Source: Microcoleus sp. GA_180221_E-2-1-MAG-45_12 (GTDB taxonomy: Bacteria > Cyanobacteriota > Cyanobacteriia > Cyanobacteriales > JAAUUE01). From it: 64,000 nt of DNA. Shown in pieces: positions 1-9,486 of this stretch (the first letter of the stretch is position 1; the number at the start of each line of letters is the position of its first letter). The notes below the pieces were generated by a model that saw nothing but the letters and a program-made list of their open reading frames with translations, had not been told where the DNA came from and searched no databases. The stretch lies in assembly GCA_020692245.1 (NCBI GenBank), contig JAIMKT010000001.1, positions 125,173 through 189,172 of the forward strand, given 5' to 3'. The position numbers and the translations under genes are program-made.

Positions 1-1309
1 TATCGGGGGAAGGAGTTTTAATCTTAAAAGTAGTAATTAACTGCTCTGCCATCTGGCGCATAGCTTTGAGGAATAACCAGAGTCCCTTGGATTGGGGGGG
101 ACGATCGAAAGTCCGTAAAGCCAAATTCTCCGAGACACTCATCTGGGGAACACAGGCATTTTTTAGGGGTTCTTCTGGCAGAGAAAAAACTTGATGTTTT
201 GCCATTTCCTTGCGGGTCGCTGTGTATACTTCCCCGTTAACTAGAATCTTCCCAGCGATCGCCGGGCGCTGACCAGCCAGAACCTCTACCAATTCCCTCT
301 GCCCGTTGCCAGAAACCCCCGCAATCCCCACGATCTCGCCCCGGTGAATAGTTAAATCCACGCCGCCAACGGCTTCTAAACCGTTATCTTTATTGGCTCG
401 AATCCCCTGAATTTCCATGACTGGGATGCGATCGGCAAAGCTAGTCTTCTTGACTTGCTCAGGTTCCCTAGCTTCCCCCAGCATCATCTGCGCCATGTCT
501 TTTACGGAAAGGTCTTTTACCAATCCATGCCCCGCAAATTTGCCCTTCCGCAGTACTGTCACCTCATCGACAAAGGCTGTAATCTCCCGGAATTTGTGGC
601 TGATCATCAACACACTTAAGCGGTTGGCGGTGACTTCTTCCCGAATTAATCCCAGCACTTCATCAGCTTCTTGGGGAGTGAGGACGGAGGTGGGTTCATC
701 GAGGATGAGGATTTTAACTTGGAGATAAAGCTGTTTAATAATTTCTAGTTTTTGCTTTTGACCCGCCGCTAGTTGGGCAACTGGCACATCGAGGGGAACT
801 TGGAAAGGGGATGTATCCATGAAATTTTGGAGGTTTTCCCGCTCCTGTTTCCAGTTGATCACATTAGTCTTATCGAACCGAGATAGCACCAAGTTTTCAG
901 CAACAGTCATGGCAGGAACTGAGGTGAAGTGTTGATAGACCATGCCCAGCCCGTACTGGTGAGCATCTCTCGGGCTATTAATACTTCTTGATTGTTTGTT
1001 AATTAATACATCTCCATGATCGGCATGATAAAAACCCATGACACATTTCACTAGCGTGCTTTTGCCTGCACCGTTTTCCCCCAAAAGGGCATGAAAAGTA
1101 CCGGGCTTGAGGTGGAGAGAAACATTATCTAAGGCAACCATATTCCCAAATTGTTTAGTGACGTTGATCACTTCCATATCTGGCGGCAGGGATTTTTGGA
1201 GAGCGGTGAGGGGGACTGCGGATGAGTTTGAGTCTATTGATCCGGTTGATGCTACAGATTTTACAGAGGATTCTACAGAGGAACTGGGGTTGGAGATAAT
1301 GTCTGTCAT
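1..1309 (-). CDS. ABC transporter ATP-binding protein with two fused ATPase domains (simple-sugar/nucleoside type); C-terminus lies outside the window
   Basis: Own minus-strand translation from ATG at 1309-1307; absent from the ORF track because there is no stop in the window. Reads MTDIISNPSS.... Walker A GENGAGKST, signature AAGQKQKLEI, Walker B ILILDEPT, and second-domain P-loop GVSGNGQRELVE typical of RbsA/MglA-like tandem ATPases. Confidence 0.85.
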   Translation of the reverse strand, partial: MTDIISNPSSSVESSVKSVASTGSIDSNSSAVPLTALQKSLPPDMEVINVTKQFGNMVALDNVSLHLKPGTFHALLGENGAGKSTLVKCVMGFYHADHGDVLINKQSRSINSPRDAHQYGLGMVYQHFTSVPAMTVAENLVLSRFDKTNVINWKQERENLQNFMDTSPFQVPLDVPVAQLAAGQKQKLEIIKQLYLQVKILILDEPTSVLTPQEADEVLGLIREEVTANRLSVLMISHKFREITAFVDEVTVLRKGKFAGHGLVKDLSVKDMAQMMLGEAREPEQVKKTSFADRIPVMEIQGIRANKDNGLEAVGGVDLTIHRGEIVGIAGVSGNGQRELVEVLAGQRPAIAGKILVNGEVYTATRKEMAKHQVFSLPEEPLKNACVPQMSVSENLALRTFDRPPQSKGLWLFLKAMRQMAEQLITTFKIKTPSPD

Positions 1310-1477
1310 GGGCGATCGCCTCCGGGGAAAATAATTAGAAAATATTGCAAGTTGATTGCAAGTTTAATTAGCAAATTGATTGAAATTTCATAGGAAATCT
1401 ACAGAAAGTCTACAGAAGTCTATAGCGGGAAGTTTATAGGGAGTTTACAGGGAACTGAGAGGACGTTTCTTTGTAGT

Positions 1478-1493
1478 TGTGATCGATATCACC
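1478..1493. promoter_or_regulatory. CRP/NtcA-family type palindrome TGTGA-TCGATA-TCACC upstream of small gene 1676..1876
   Basis: 9/10 match to TGTGA-N6-TCACA; also reads as GTG-N8-CAC (GT-N10-AC). Followed after 22 nt by TAATTT (1515-1520), a TAN3T -10 box in class II geometry. Confidence 0.35.
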
Positions 1494-1675
1494 CCTAAAA
1501 GATAACCATGTCACTAATTTTGGGGTTAGTAAGTCACTAAGCGTTGTAGCGATCATCACAAATTCTGGACTTGTCCATCACACAAAACTCCGAGAATTTA
1601 CTGCATACTTTGAAGAGTGAAAGGCAAAACAATCACGCCTTCAACTAAGAGAAATTTAGCCCCAAATTACCAGCC

Positions 1676-1876
1676 ATGTCTATTCTTACTAACTCTGCCC
1701 CCACCACCATTGAGTCTTTGGTTGAACAGATTATGATTACTCGCCAAATCAGCAATATTCATTACGAACAAATTCAATTGATTCTGCTCTACGATACCGT
1801 CAGTGATCAAGAAAAAACTCTGCTCGATCGAGTCCTTTACGGTATTCGTCACGGTTTAGTAAAGCAGGTTGCCTAA
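1676..1876 (+). CDS. Small conserved-looking protein, paralog A (66 aa), unknown function
   Basis: ORF track. Shares ...RQI...Q...TL(L/I)DR(V/I)LYG(I/V)RHG...V with the ORF at 2381..2584. Confidence 0.6.
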   Translation: MSILTNSAPTTIESLVEQIMITRQISNIHYEQIQLILLYDTVSDQEKTLLDRVLYGIRHGLVKQVA

Positions 1877-2248
1877 GGCTGTTAACGACCATTCCAGCCC
1901 TGATCTGATGCTTTTAGTCGTGAAAGCTGACTGCTGAATTTTCCATCAAATTCTCCCTTTTAATCTAAAATTTCAATCACCAATTTAAATCCCAAACTTA
2001 AATCCAAACTTTAAATTAAATATCTCCTCCTTGAGTATTCAAGAGAACCCAAAGGCATACATTGTATATGTCGTTTTTTGTTGAGATTAAATCTTTGTAG
2101 ATATCTTTGTAGTCGCCAATAGTTGAGTTTTTTATGGGGCTAATTAATCATTGAATACAGAGAAATATATCTCTACCACTTTTAGTATTGCTAACTCTCT
2201 CAATCTGGTTTATTTATGGAATATTAAAAAAATATAAAAATCAAAAGA

Positions 2249-2264
2249 AGTGACTTGTATCACC
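2249..2264. promoter_or_regulatory. CRP/NtcA-family type palindrome AGTGA-CTTGTA-TCACC upstream of small gene 2381..2584
   Basis: Core GTGA-N6-TCAC is intact. No good TAN3T at N22; the nearest is TAGCGT at 2294-2299. Confidence 0.3.
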
Positions 2265-2380
2265 AGCTCTGAGAATGTTTATCACGAACAAACTAGCGTT
2301 TCCATCACAATCTGCATCCGTAAACTTGGATAGAAATGTAGTAGTCAAATAATTAACTCGCCGTCACCCAAAACAAAAAT

Positions 2381-2584
2381 ATGTATTCTCAAAGCTTTTC
2401 ACTCCAATTTAGTTTAGAGGAAACCATCACTAGGGTAATCAGTTCTAGGCAAATCACAGCGACGGACAAGCAGCAACTTAAAGATGCTTTCCTTGGTCAT
2501 GAAACCCTAGCTGAAGATGAAATAACTTTGATCGATCGCATCCTCTACGGAGTCCGCCACGGCATCTTAGAGATTGTTGATTAA
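2381..2584 (+). CDS. Small conserved-looking protein, paralog B (67 aa), unknown function
   Basis: ORF track. C-terminal TLIDRILYGVRHGILEIVD aligns with paralog A TLLDRVLYGIRHGLVKQVA. Confidence 0.6.
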   Translation: MYSQSFSLQFSLEETITRVISSRQITATDKQQLKDAFLGHETLAEDEITLIDRILYGVRHGILEIVD

Positions 2585-2615
2585 CCGTAGATTTTAGGGC
2601 GTGGATCAGAAAAAC

Positions 2616-3503
2616 CTAGGCTTCTGAGGAAGGGGAAGACTGGTTCAGGAGAGGCGATAAAAAGGCTACTACTCCTCCCAAAACAAAGCCAAGAATGTTT
2701 CTGACCAAGGGCAACCACTCCGTAGTCCGGGTGAGAACAGGGCCCAAACCAAAGGCAAAGAAGAGAATGCCCCAGAGGGGTGAGAAAATTAAAGCCCACT
2801 GCCAAGCCACAAGCTGCCCCTTCTTGCGGGGGATTGCTGCAAAACCACACACTAGACCGCCAACGACCGAAGTAATTAGTGTCAAAATCCATTGTTCCCT
2901 TGGTAAGCCCGGTACGACTCGGCAGCCACTATCACGTTGGAGACAGGTTTTAATCGATTCTAGGGCTTCGACGATCGAGCCATTTTCGCCATTTTCCCGC
3001 ACAAAGTAGAGATTGCCAAAGCGAGTTTGGAGTTCGACCCAAAAAGTCCGGGGCAGAAGTTTATAGACCGCATCCCCCACGTTGAAATTGAGGATATTGC
3101 CACCACGGGGATCGGCGACTAGTAAGACGCTTTTTTCATTTAAGCCCCAAAATTCCCGAATTGATAAGCCGGGAGTGCGATCGAACTGGGTCAATACCCG
3201 GAGTTTCCAGCCTGTTTCTGCCTCAAAATCTGTTAGGTTCTTGGCAAGATTTTCTTCCTGACCTTTGGGTAAGAAGTTGGCTAAATCAATAACAGGGGTC
3301 GGTTGCTCTGGCAGCAGGTCGGGGTTGTCAAAGGCATAGGCAGCCGGGGTTCCCACTACAGAGATTGTAAACACTGCCAAAAAGATTAAGAGGGAGTGGC
3401 GGAGGGCTTCTGTGTAATTTTGCCAAAGGCTTTGTCCATAGGTTTGCCCGTGAGCTTGCAAATTTTGAGAAGAATTTGAGGGAGGAAAAAGTCTAGATAA
3501 CAT
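2616..3503 (-). CDS. TPM-domain protein (TLP18.3/Psb32-like, putative lumenal phosphatase fold) with C-terminal membrane segments
   Basis: N-terminal signal/TM segment. TPM-like core VIDLANFL...L...ETGWKLRVLT...VLLVADPRGGNILNF. Two C-terminal hydrophobic helices. Confidence 0.65.
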   Translation of the reverse strand: MLSRLFPPSNSSQNLQAHGQTYGQSLWQNYTEALRHSLLIFLAVFTISVVGTPAAYAFDNPDLLPEQPTPVIDLANFLPKGQEENLAKNLTDFEAETGWKLRVLTQFDRTPGLSIREFWGLNEKSVLLVADPRGGNILNFNVGDAVYKLLPRTFWVELQTRFGNLYFVRENGENGSIVEALESIKTCLQRDSGCRVVPGLPREQWILTLITSVVGGLVCGFAAIPRKKGQLVAWQWALIFSPLWGILFFAFGLGPVLTRTTEWLPLVRNILGFVLGGVVAFLSPLLNQSSPSSEA

Positions 3504-3782
3504 TGGCGGGTTTTATAGATTGATTTTATAGGTAGATTTTATGAGGAAGTTGAAAAAATATATTAACTGGAGTGAAGATTTGTGTTACATTTCTTTACTT
3601 TAATCTAATAATAACCACAAATTGAATAAAAATTACGATCGTTTAGCGATCGAGAGCCAACCCCCTAACTATCCTCCTAACTAGGGAGACATGGCAGACC
3701 GGAAGACATGACCTATAATAGGTACTGAATCAAAATCACCTGAATCACTTGATCCAAAATAATCTTAACTTAGCCTAAACCT

Positions 3783-4763
3783 ATGATTCGCCGTCGTTCT
3801 ACTCCTTGGATTCATCGCTGGTCACGCCCAATTATTGGAGCGATTTCGTTAGTAGGGGCGTTGCTAACTGGTTATCTAACTACCGTCAAACTCTCCGGGG
3901 CAGAAGTCGCTGGTTGTACGGCAAACTCCGCCCAAGCGATCGGTAGCTGTGATGCGGTTCTCTCCAGTCCCTACGCTACGGTCTTTGGGTTGCCCTTGGC
4001 ATTATTTGGCTTGCTGGCTTATCTGAGTATGGGCATCATGGCAATGGCTCCCTTAGCAATCAATGGGGATGAGCAGAAAGAACTGCGATCGAACCTAGAG
4101 AGGTGGACACAGTTATTCTTATTTGCTGGAGCGACGGCGATGACAGTATTTAGCGGCTATCTCATGTACGTCTTAGCCTTCCAAATCAAAGCTGTCTGTT
4201 TCTATTGCATTGGCTCGGCAATTTTCTCCCTAAGCCTGTTGGCTTTAACACTTTTTGGTAATACGTGGGAAGATATCGGGCAAATATTATTTACAGGGGT
4301 AATTATTGTCATGGTGACTTTGATCGGGACTCTTGGAGTCTACGCCAATATTGCCAGCCCCGGAGCCACGGGCAGAACCTTAGTCAGCTTGCCCACGACA
4401 CCACCAGCACCGGGTAAGGGTTGGGATATCACCACAACCTCTGGCCCCGCAGAGATTGCCCTCGCCGAACACCTAGCTGCCACAGGAGCCAAAGAATACG
4501 GAGCCTACTGGTGTCCCCACTGTTTCCAACAAAAAGAATTATTTGGAAAAGAAGCCTTTGCCAAGGTTCCCTACGTTGAGTGTGCGCCCGATGGAGTCAA
4601 TCCCCAAACCCAAGCTTGCCAAACGGCGGGAGTTAAAGCCTTCCCCACTTGGGTGATCAATGGTGAAATCCAGTCGGGAGTGAAATCCCTAGAAAAACTA
4701 GCAGAACTATCGGGCTACACAGGCGATCGCAACTTCAAATACACTATGTCTCTTGGGAACTAG
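3783..4763 (+). CDS. Vitamin K epoxide reductase (VKOR) fused to a thioredoxin-like domain (cyanobacterial DsbB analogue)
   Basis: Multi-TM N-terminal domain with loop Cys pair (C..SC) and active-site CFYC. C-terminal Trx-like domain with WCPHC. Confidence 0.9.
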   Translation: MIRRRSTPWIHRWSRPIIGAISLVGALLTGYLTTVKLSGAEVAGCTANSAQAIGSCDAVLSSPYATVFGLPLALFGLLAYLSMGIMAMAPLAINGDEQKELRSNLERWTQLFLFAGATAMTVFSGYLMYVLAFQIKAVCFYCIGSAIFSLSLLALTLFGNTWEDIGQILFTGVIIVMVTLIGTLGVYANIASPGATGRTLVSLPTTPPAPGKGWDITTTSGPAEIALAEHLAATGAKEYGAYWCPHCFQQKELFGKEAFAKVPYVECAPDGVNPQTQACQTAGVKAFPTWVINGEIQSGVKSLEKLAELSGYTGDRNFKYTMSLGN

Positions 4764-4805
4764 AACATAGTAGCTATCAAGATTAACCTAACTACTAAAC
4801 TTAAA

Positions 4806-4847
4806 CCCCCATAGATCTACACAAGAGACTACGGGGGTTGCTTTTTG
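4806..4847. terminator. Stem-loop plus T-run between convergent genes (possible bidirectional terminator)
   Basis: CCCCCATAG (4806-4814) pairs with CTACGGGGG (4829-4837) with one mismatch, followed by TTGCTTTTT. Confidence 0.4.
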
Positions 4848-4881
4848 TCAACTTCTGGTAAGAGCTTAAAGACTGAACAGC

Positions 4882-5415
4882 TTAACGACGTTCTTCCGCA
4901 GCAATACAAGTGCGGAGGGCATTATCCGTCACTAAGTTAATCTGCTGGCTCAAACCCGATACGCAGTCAGCAAAGCGCAGGGGCAGTAGACTCCGCCGAC
5001 AATTATCCATAACCAAATTTGCCGAACTTGCCAGCACGATCGGGTCAGTTCCTTGGGTACGGCTGAAAATATCCACAACACAGGTGGAGAGTTCCACCGG
5101 GCGACGGACTCGGTTGCAAGCAGTCAGAGCATCAATGGCAGCGATCGGGGTGAGACTGCTGATTTTGATGGCGCATAGAGATAGGTCTGGGGGAATCTGG
5201 GCTTGGCTACAGGCGATCGCCACCTGTTCTGGGGCAATATTCTGCTCAAGGAGTTCTCTGGCACAAACGCTGTAGTCTATACCCACACGGCGATTAATTA
5301 CTACCGGATCAATAATATTAGCAGTAGCACCAGAGACGAAGAGAGGTGTTAGGGATGTGACAATACCCCCTAGGGCAGCAAGGCGAAAACCGGAACTGAG
5401 ATTTGGTCTAGACAT
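4882..5415 (-). CDS. Hypothetical secreted Cys-rich protein
   Basis: ORF track. N-terminal hydrophobic signal-like segment. Regularly spaced Cys residues (..VC..., ..AC.., ..LC.., ..AC.., ..TC.., ..NC.., ..DC.., ..TC..). Confidence 0.5.
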   Translation of the reverse strand: MSRPNLSSGFRLAALGGIVTSLTPLFVSGATANIIDPVVINRRVGIDYSVCARELLEQNIAPEQVAIACSQAQIPPDLSLCAIKISSLTPIAAIDALTACNRVRRPVELSTCVVDIFSRTQGTDPIVLASSANLVMDNCRRSLLPLRFADCVSGLSQQINLVTDNALRTCIAAEERR

Positions 5416-5714
5416 AGGTATGAATTAGGATGACTTGGTATGCATAGATATTGACTAAGGATTAATCAATTTTTGCTGGATTTTTTGCTGGATAATGTGG
5501 CTAAATCTACTGCCTCTACTTAAATCTATTCGTTAACTTTTGATCTTGGCTAGTTAACAATTACTTCACAGAACCAATAAATCGCAACAATTATCGCAAC
5601 AATTAGAGTTAATCGGGAAATGATACTTAATATCCAAAAGGATAGCATTTTGATAGATTAAAAGTAATAGGAAAGCAAGGACAATCAATTACTACCGAGA
5701 AATCGGTCAAAGCT

Positions 5715-6227
5715 ATGGCAAATATCTATGGACAGGTTTCGGAATCTAACAGAAGGGACGATCGCACGGCTTCCGCAGTGATGTTAATCCTGACCTTTTG
5801 GCTGAGTAGCAGTTTGATTGTAGATTTAGTGATCATGCCGGGCTTGGCAACCTCAGGAATGACGACCCAACCGGGCTTTGCGGCAGCGGGTTATCTCTTG
5901 TTTGGGGCTTTTAACCATGTGGAATTACTCTGTGGAGCTTTGGTCATGACGGGGTTATTGATTATTAACCATGATCATTGGCGGTCTTTTTCAAGAAGGT
6001 CGATCGTCCTCTCGGCTCTCATGTTGGTAATTAGCCTGATCTATACCTACGTTCTCACCCCAGAAATGAGCGGTTGGGGTCTTCAGCTAGACTTGTTTGA
6101 ACCCGTAAAATCTCTCTCTAGAACTATGATTGGAATGCAATATACCTACTGGGTGTTGGAAGTATGTAAATTAATTGCAGGGACTGTTATTCTGGTAGAG
6201 TTTGAGAATAAAAGAAATCTCAGCTAG
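5715..6227 (+). CDS. Hypothetical integral membrane protein (about 4 TM)
   Basis: ORF track; four hydrophobic stretches; no motif I can name confidently. Confidence 0.5.
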   Translation: MANIYGQVSESNRRDDRTASAVMLILTFWLSSSLIVDLVIMPGLATSGMTTQPGFAAAGYLLFGAFNHVELLCGALVMTGLLIINHDHWRSFSRRSIVLSALMLVISLIYTYVLTPEMSGWGLQLDLFEPVKSLSRTMIGMQYTYWVLEVCKLIAGTVILVEFENKRNLS

Positions 6228-6269
6228 AAATTTGCACAGCAGGGAAGCATTGTATTGATTAAGGTCATA

Positions 6270-6854
6270 ATGAATCCAGAGGTCGAAATTTATCGTCTGT
6301 TTGACCTGATGCCAGCTTCGGGACGAATGGGGATCAAGGTCTTCAGCAAACCGGAGCAGGAGCAGGTTATTTTTGCACCCCAGCCTCTGCCTTGGTCGAG
6401 GGAAAAGCTCATTTATATTAATTTTGATCTGTGGCGTTATTTGTCTGTACCTCAGCAAGATTTATTATTTTTGAGTGTCGTGTGTCGCCTCTTACAAATT
6501 AAATGGCTACAACCCAATTGGTATCAGGTAATGGCAGCAGCAGGTTTGATCGGCGGCTGGGTAGAGTTTAATCAAGGGGATGCGATCGGCATGGTGGTGG
6601 GTAGTGGTTTAGCCTTGGTCGGTTTCAGGAAGCTCTGGGAAAAAAATGATAGTAACCAAGTGTCTGTAGAGGCTGACCAAAAAGCTCTCCAAGTGGCAGC
6701 CCGCAGAAATTACACAGAAACAGAAGCGGCAGAGGCTCTGTATCAAGGCATTGTCCAAGTTGCTGAGATTGAGAAAAAGCGGGGCTTAAATTTTACGGAG
6801 TTGTTGCGGTGTCAAAACCTGAAGTCGATCGCCGGAATTGGGAATCGTTACTAG
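6270..6854 (+). CDS. Conserved cyanobacterial hypothetical protein (resembles DUF3318)
   Basis: MNPEVEIYRLFDLMPASGRM...INFDLWRYLS matches my memory of the DUF3318 N-terminus. ATG at 6270 preferred over the track's TTG at 6255. Confidence 0.5.
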   Translation: MNPEVEIYRLFDLMPASGRMGIKVFSKPEQEQVIFAPQPLPWSREKLIYINFDLWRYLSVPQQDLLFLSVVCRLLQIKWLQPNWYQVMAAAGLIGGWVEFNQGDAIGMVVGSGLALVGFRKLWEKNDSNQVSVEADQKALQVAARRNYTETEAAEALYQGIVQVAEIEKKRGLNFTELLRCQNLKSIAGIGNRY

Positions 6855-7088
6855 TCTGGTGATTTTTGTCTCTGGGGGTAACTTTATCTTGAAGAAAAGG
6901 AGCTAAAGCTATTACTTAAACTTTAGTGCTGAACTTACCGAAGTATAAACTCCCTAGCTCTAGGATTTCGCAGTCCAGCAAAAGCCAACTCCAACTACAA
7001 ATGGGTTTGGCTCTATATGCGTTCAAAAAGGAGCCTAACTGTAGTCAAGCTCCCTAACAATAAATAGTTAATTTGTTTGATCTAGGCT

Positions 7089-9308
7089 CTAGATTGCAAT
7101 TTTGCCGCCATCATTGCGGGTGATCACCACCGTGGCCGATCGAGGACGAGCATCACCGCCATCTGGCCAGTTACTGGTAAACTTGCTAGGATCCGTAGCG
7201 GATTCGCTATTTTCACCGGGGTGTTGGATATTCACAAAAATTACCTTGCCATCGGGAGACTCAGTAATTCCGGTAATCTCGCAATCCCGGGGACCCACCA
7301 AAAAGCGACGCAGCACTGTAGGATTGGCTTGTTGTCCCATGCGAGTCATCACAGTTTGGTCAGCATTATTATTAATGGGTACTGATTTATTTGTCACCAT
7401 CTTGGTTCCACCATCCCCAACGGCTCCGGGGATTGCTGCCAGCATCATGCAGTTGGTAGCATCAGTGATATAACCATCATCAGTTTGCACCCACAGCAGC
7501 CCGGGAGTAGCTTCACTAAACCAGAGACCATCAGGACTAGAGAAATCATTTTCATCTGTCAGCCCCGAAAGATTTACATCAGTCCCAGCAGTTGCTCTAG
7601 CTCCAAAGAGGTAAATATCCCAAGCAAAGGTTGTGGCTGCATGGTTATTGCCTGTTTCTTTCCAGCGAATGATATGACCATTCACATTCCCCCGGCTAGT
7701 TGTAGACCCTTTGGTATCGGCATAGTAACGAGGATTAGAAGCATTGAGAGGAGTCCTCACACCCCGACCACTGCTACTGGAAACGTTATTCGTTAGGGTT
7801 AGATAAACATCACCATTAACAGGATTAACACCGCCCCATTCTGGACGATCCATCTTGGTTGCACCAACAGCATCAGCAGCAATTCGAGCATTCGTCAAAA
7901 TGTCAGCTTGATCAGTAAAGGTATAACCAGCATAGCTAGCAATCTTGGGATTGTTCATGGTCAAGGGCAACCATTCTCCAGTGCCGTCATCATTGAACTT
8001 AGCGGCGTACAAAGTTCCTGCATCTAGATATTTATTTCCTGCGGCAATACCACCAGTGGCATCTCTAGGATCCCATACTGCCGTGGAGACAAACTTATAG
8101 GCATACTCGTTACGATTATCATCGCCTGAGTAGAAAACTAGCGGTTGACCAGCCACAGCCTTAGCGGGCCAGCAGCCTTCGTGGGCAAAGCGACCGATCG
8201 CAGTCCGTTTCTTGGGGGTGACATCAGAATTAAAAGGATCAATCTCTACAACCCAGCCAAAGGTATTCGCCACATTACGGAAATCCTGAGTAGGGGAACT
8301 ACCGGTTTTGCTAGTATCCCAGCGACGGTAGACATCAGTGTTGGTTTTGTCAGCCAGAGACCAATTGTAGCGACCAGAGGTGGCGTTGCCGAGGCCGTAG
8401 CGCTTAAAGGAAGCTACCTCCTTTTCAGTTCTGGCGGTGTCTGCTTCCCGGCGGTGGAAATACCCAGCCCAATTCTCTTCACAGGTCAAGTAGGTTCCCC
8501 AAGGAGTGTAGCCATTGGCACAGTTGTTGAGGGTACCTCTAGTTTTTTCCCCAGTGGGAGAGAAAGCCGTTACCATCATGGAGCTACCTTTAGCAGGACC
8601 AGAAATTTCAAACTCAGTCAAAGCTGTAACGCGGCGATTGTAGCGGGAATCCTTGTTAATTTGGTAAGTAGAACCCTGTTTGGTGATTTCGACGATCGTC
8701 ACCCCGTGGGCGGCTACTTCTTTATCGATTTCGATGGCGGGGCGGGGGCTGGTGCTTTCCTGTCCATAGTTAGTGGGTCCGTTAGGATGGACAAAACCGA
8801 GATCTTCACAAACTTCGTGGTTAATGCAGAGTAAGGCTCGATCGACACCATTCGCATCGAAGCCATTACCCGCTTGGTTCATGCCGAAGTAGTGCATGGC
8901 ATCATGATGATCCCCAACCCGGAGTTCAAAGTCATTATCCGTGCCGTTATTTTTGTAGGGAGTGATATTACTCTTGAGGGGATCTCCTGTAGCGAGTAAA
9001 ACTCTAGCTGTATAGCCAGCCGGAACCGTGAGTGTATCAGCAATACTCTTGGCAACGGGGGCAAAGCTGAGACGGAGATCCGTAGCGGCAGCGGCGACTT
9101 GACCGTCATGTTTGACTGTATCAATCAGAAATGCTAACCCTGTTCCTAACATGGAGGCAGCAGCGAGGGAGGAACTGCCTTTGAGGAAACCCCGACGACC
9201 CATGCGCGCTCGATCGAGAACTTGGGCAAAAGAATCATTAGGGCTAGTGTTGTGGCTGACCTCATCAGGTTCCACGAATCTTCTCTTAGGAGCGTAGTTT
9301 TTCGACAT
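7089..9308 (-). CDS. phoX: PhoX-family alkaline phosphatase (DUF839), Tat-exported
   Basis: 739 aa. Twin-arginine signal RRGFLKGSSSLAAA. PhoX-like blocks DRPEWG, SPDGLWF and NIQHPGE. Confidence 0.9.
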   Translation of the reverse strand: MSKNYAPKRRFVEPDEVSHNTSPNDSFAQVLDRARMGRRGFLKGSSSLAAASMLGTGLAFLIDTVKHDGQVAAAATDLRLSFAPVAKSIADTLTVPAGYTARVLLATGDPLKSNITPYKNNGTDNDFELRVGDHHDAMHYFGMNQAGNGFDANGVDRALLCINHEVCEDLGFVHPNGPTNYGQESTSPRPAIEIDKEVAAHGVTIVEITKQGSTYQINKDSRYNRRVTALTEFEISGPAKGSSMMVTAFSPTGEKTRGTLNNCANGYTPWGTYLTCEENWAGYFHRREADTARTEKEVASFKRYGLGNATSGRYNWSLADKTNTDVYRRWDTSKTGSSPTQDFRNVANTFGWVVEIDPFNSDVTPKKRTAIGRFAHEGCWPAKAVAGQPLVFYSGDDNRNEYAYKFVSTAVWDPRDATGGIAAGNKYLDAGTLYAAKFNDDGTGEWLPLTMNNPKIASYAGYTFTDQADILTNARIAADAVGATKMDRPEWGGVNPVNGDVYLTLTNNVSSSSGRGVRTPLNASNPRYYADTKGSTTSRGNVNGHIIRWKETGNNHAATTFAWDIYLFGARATAGTDVNLSGLTDENDFSSPDGLWFSEATPGLLWVQTDDGYITDATNCMMLAAIPGAVGDGGTKMVTNKSVPINNNADQTVMTRMGQQANPTVLRRFLVGPRDCEITGITESPDGKVIFVNIQHPGENSESATDPSKFTSNWPDGGDARPRSATVVITRNDGGKIAI

Positions 9309-9486
9309 AACAGAATTTTTTTGGATAGGGAAAATTACATGAGTAAAACTCCCTAAAACTTTACAGAGTTAAGGTTATGTCTTAGTTAACAACAGTTTAT
9401 ATAAGCGTTAATTATCTAACTTAAAGTTTGCTTAATAACTATGCCTACTCTCCCCAAGTCATGCTCTCAAAAGCCTAGACTCACCT

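Noticed and set aside
2581-3009. ORFs 2581..2892(-) and 2695..3009(+), each overlapping the TPM-domain gene
   Set aside because: These are alternative-frame or antisense ORFs inside a better-supported CDS, with low-complexity Pro/Gly/Arg-rich translations.
8145-8834. 229-aa plus-strand ORF
   Set aside because: It lies entirely antisense within the strongly supported phoX CDS and has no recognisable motifs. It is a typical shadow ORF.
9369-9438. Pho-box candidates (TTAA-containing octamers) upstream of phoX
   Set aside because: TTAA cores occur at 9369, 9386, 9408, 9421 and 9432. The spacing is irregular (17/22/13/11), and only the last pair shows the 11-bp phasing expected for PhoB boxes. 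This is not sufficient in an AT-rich region.
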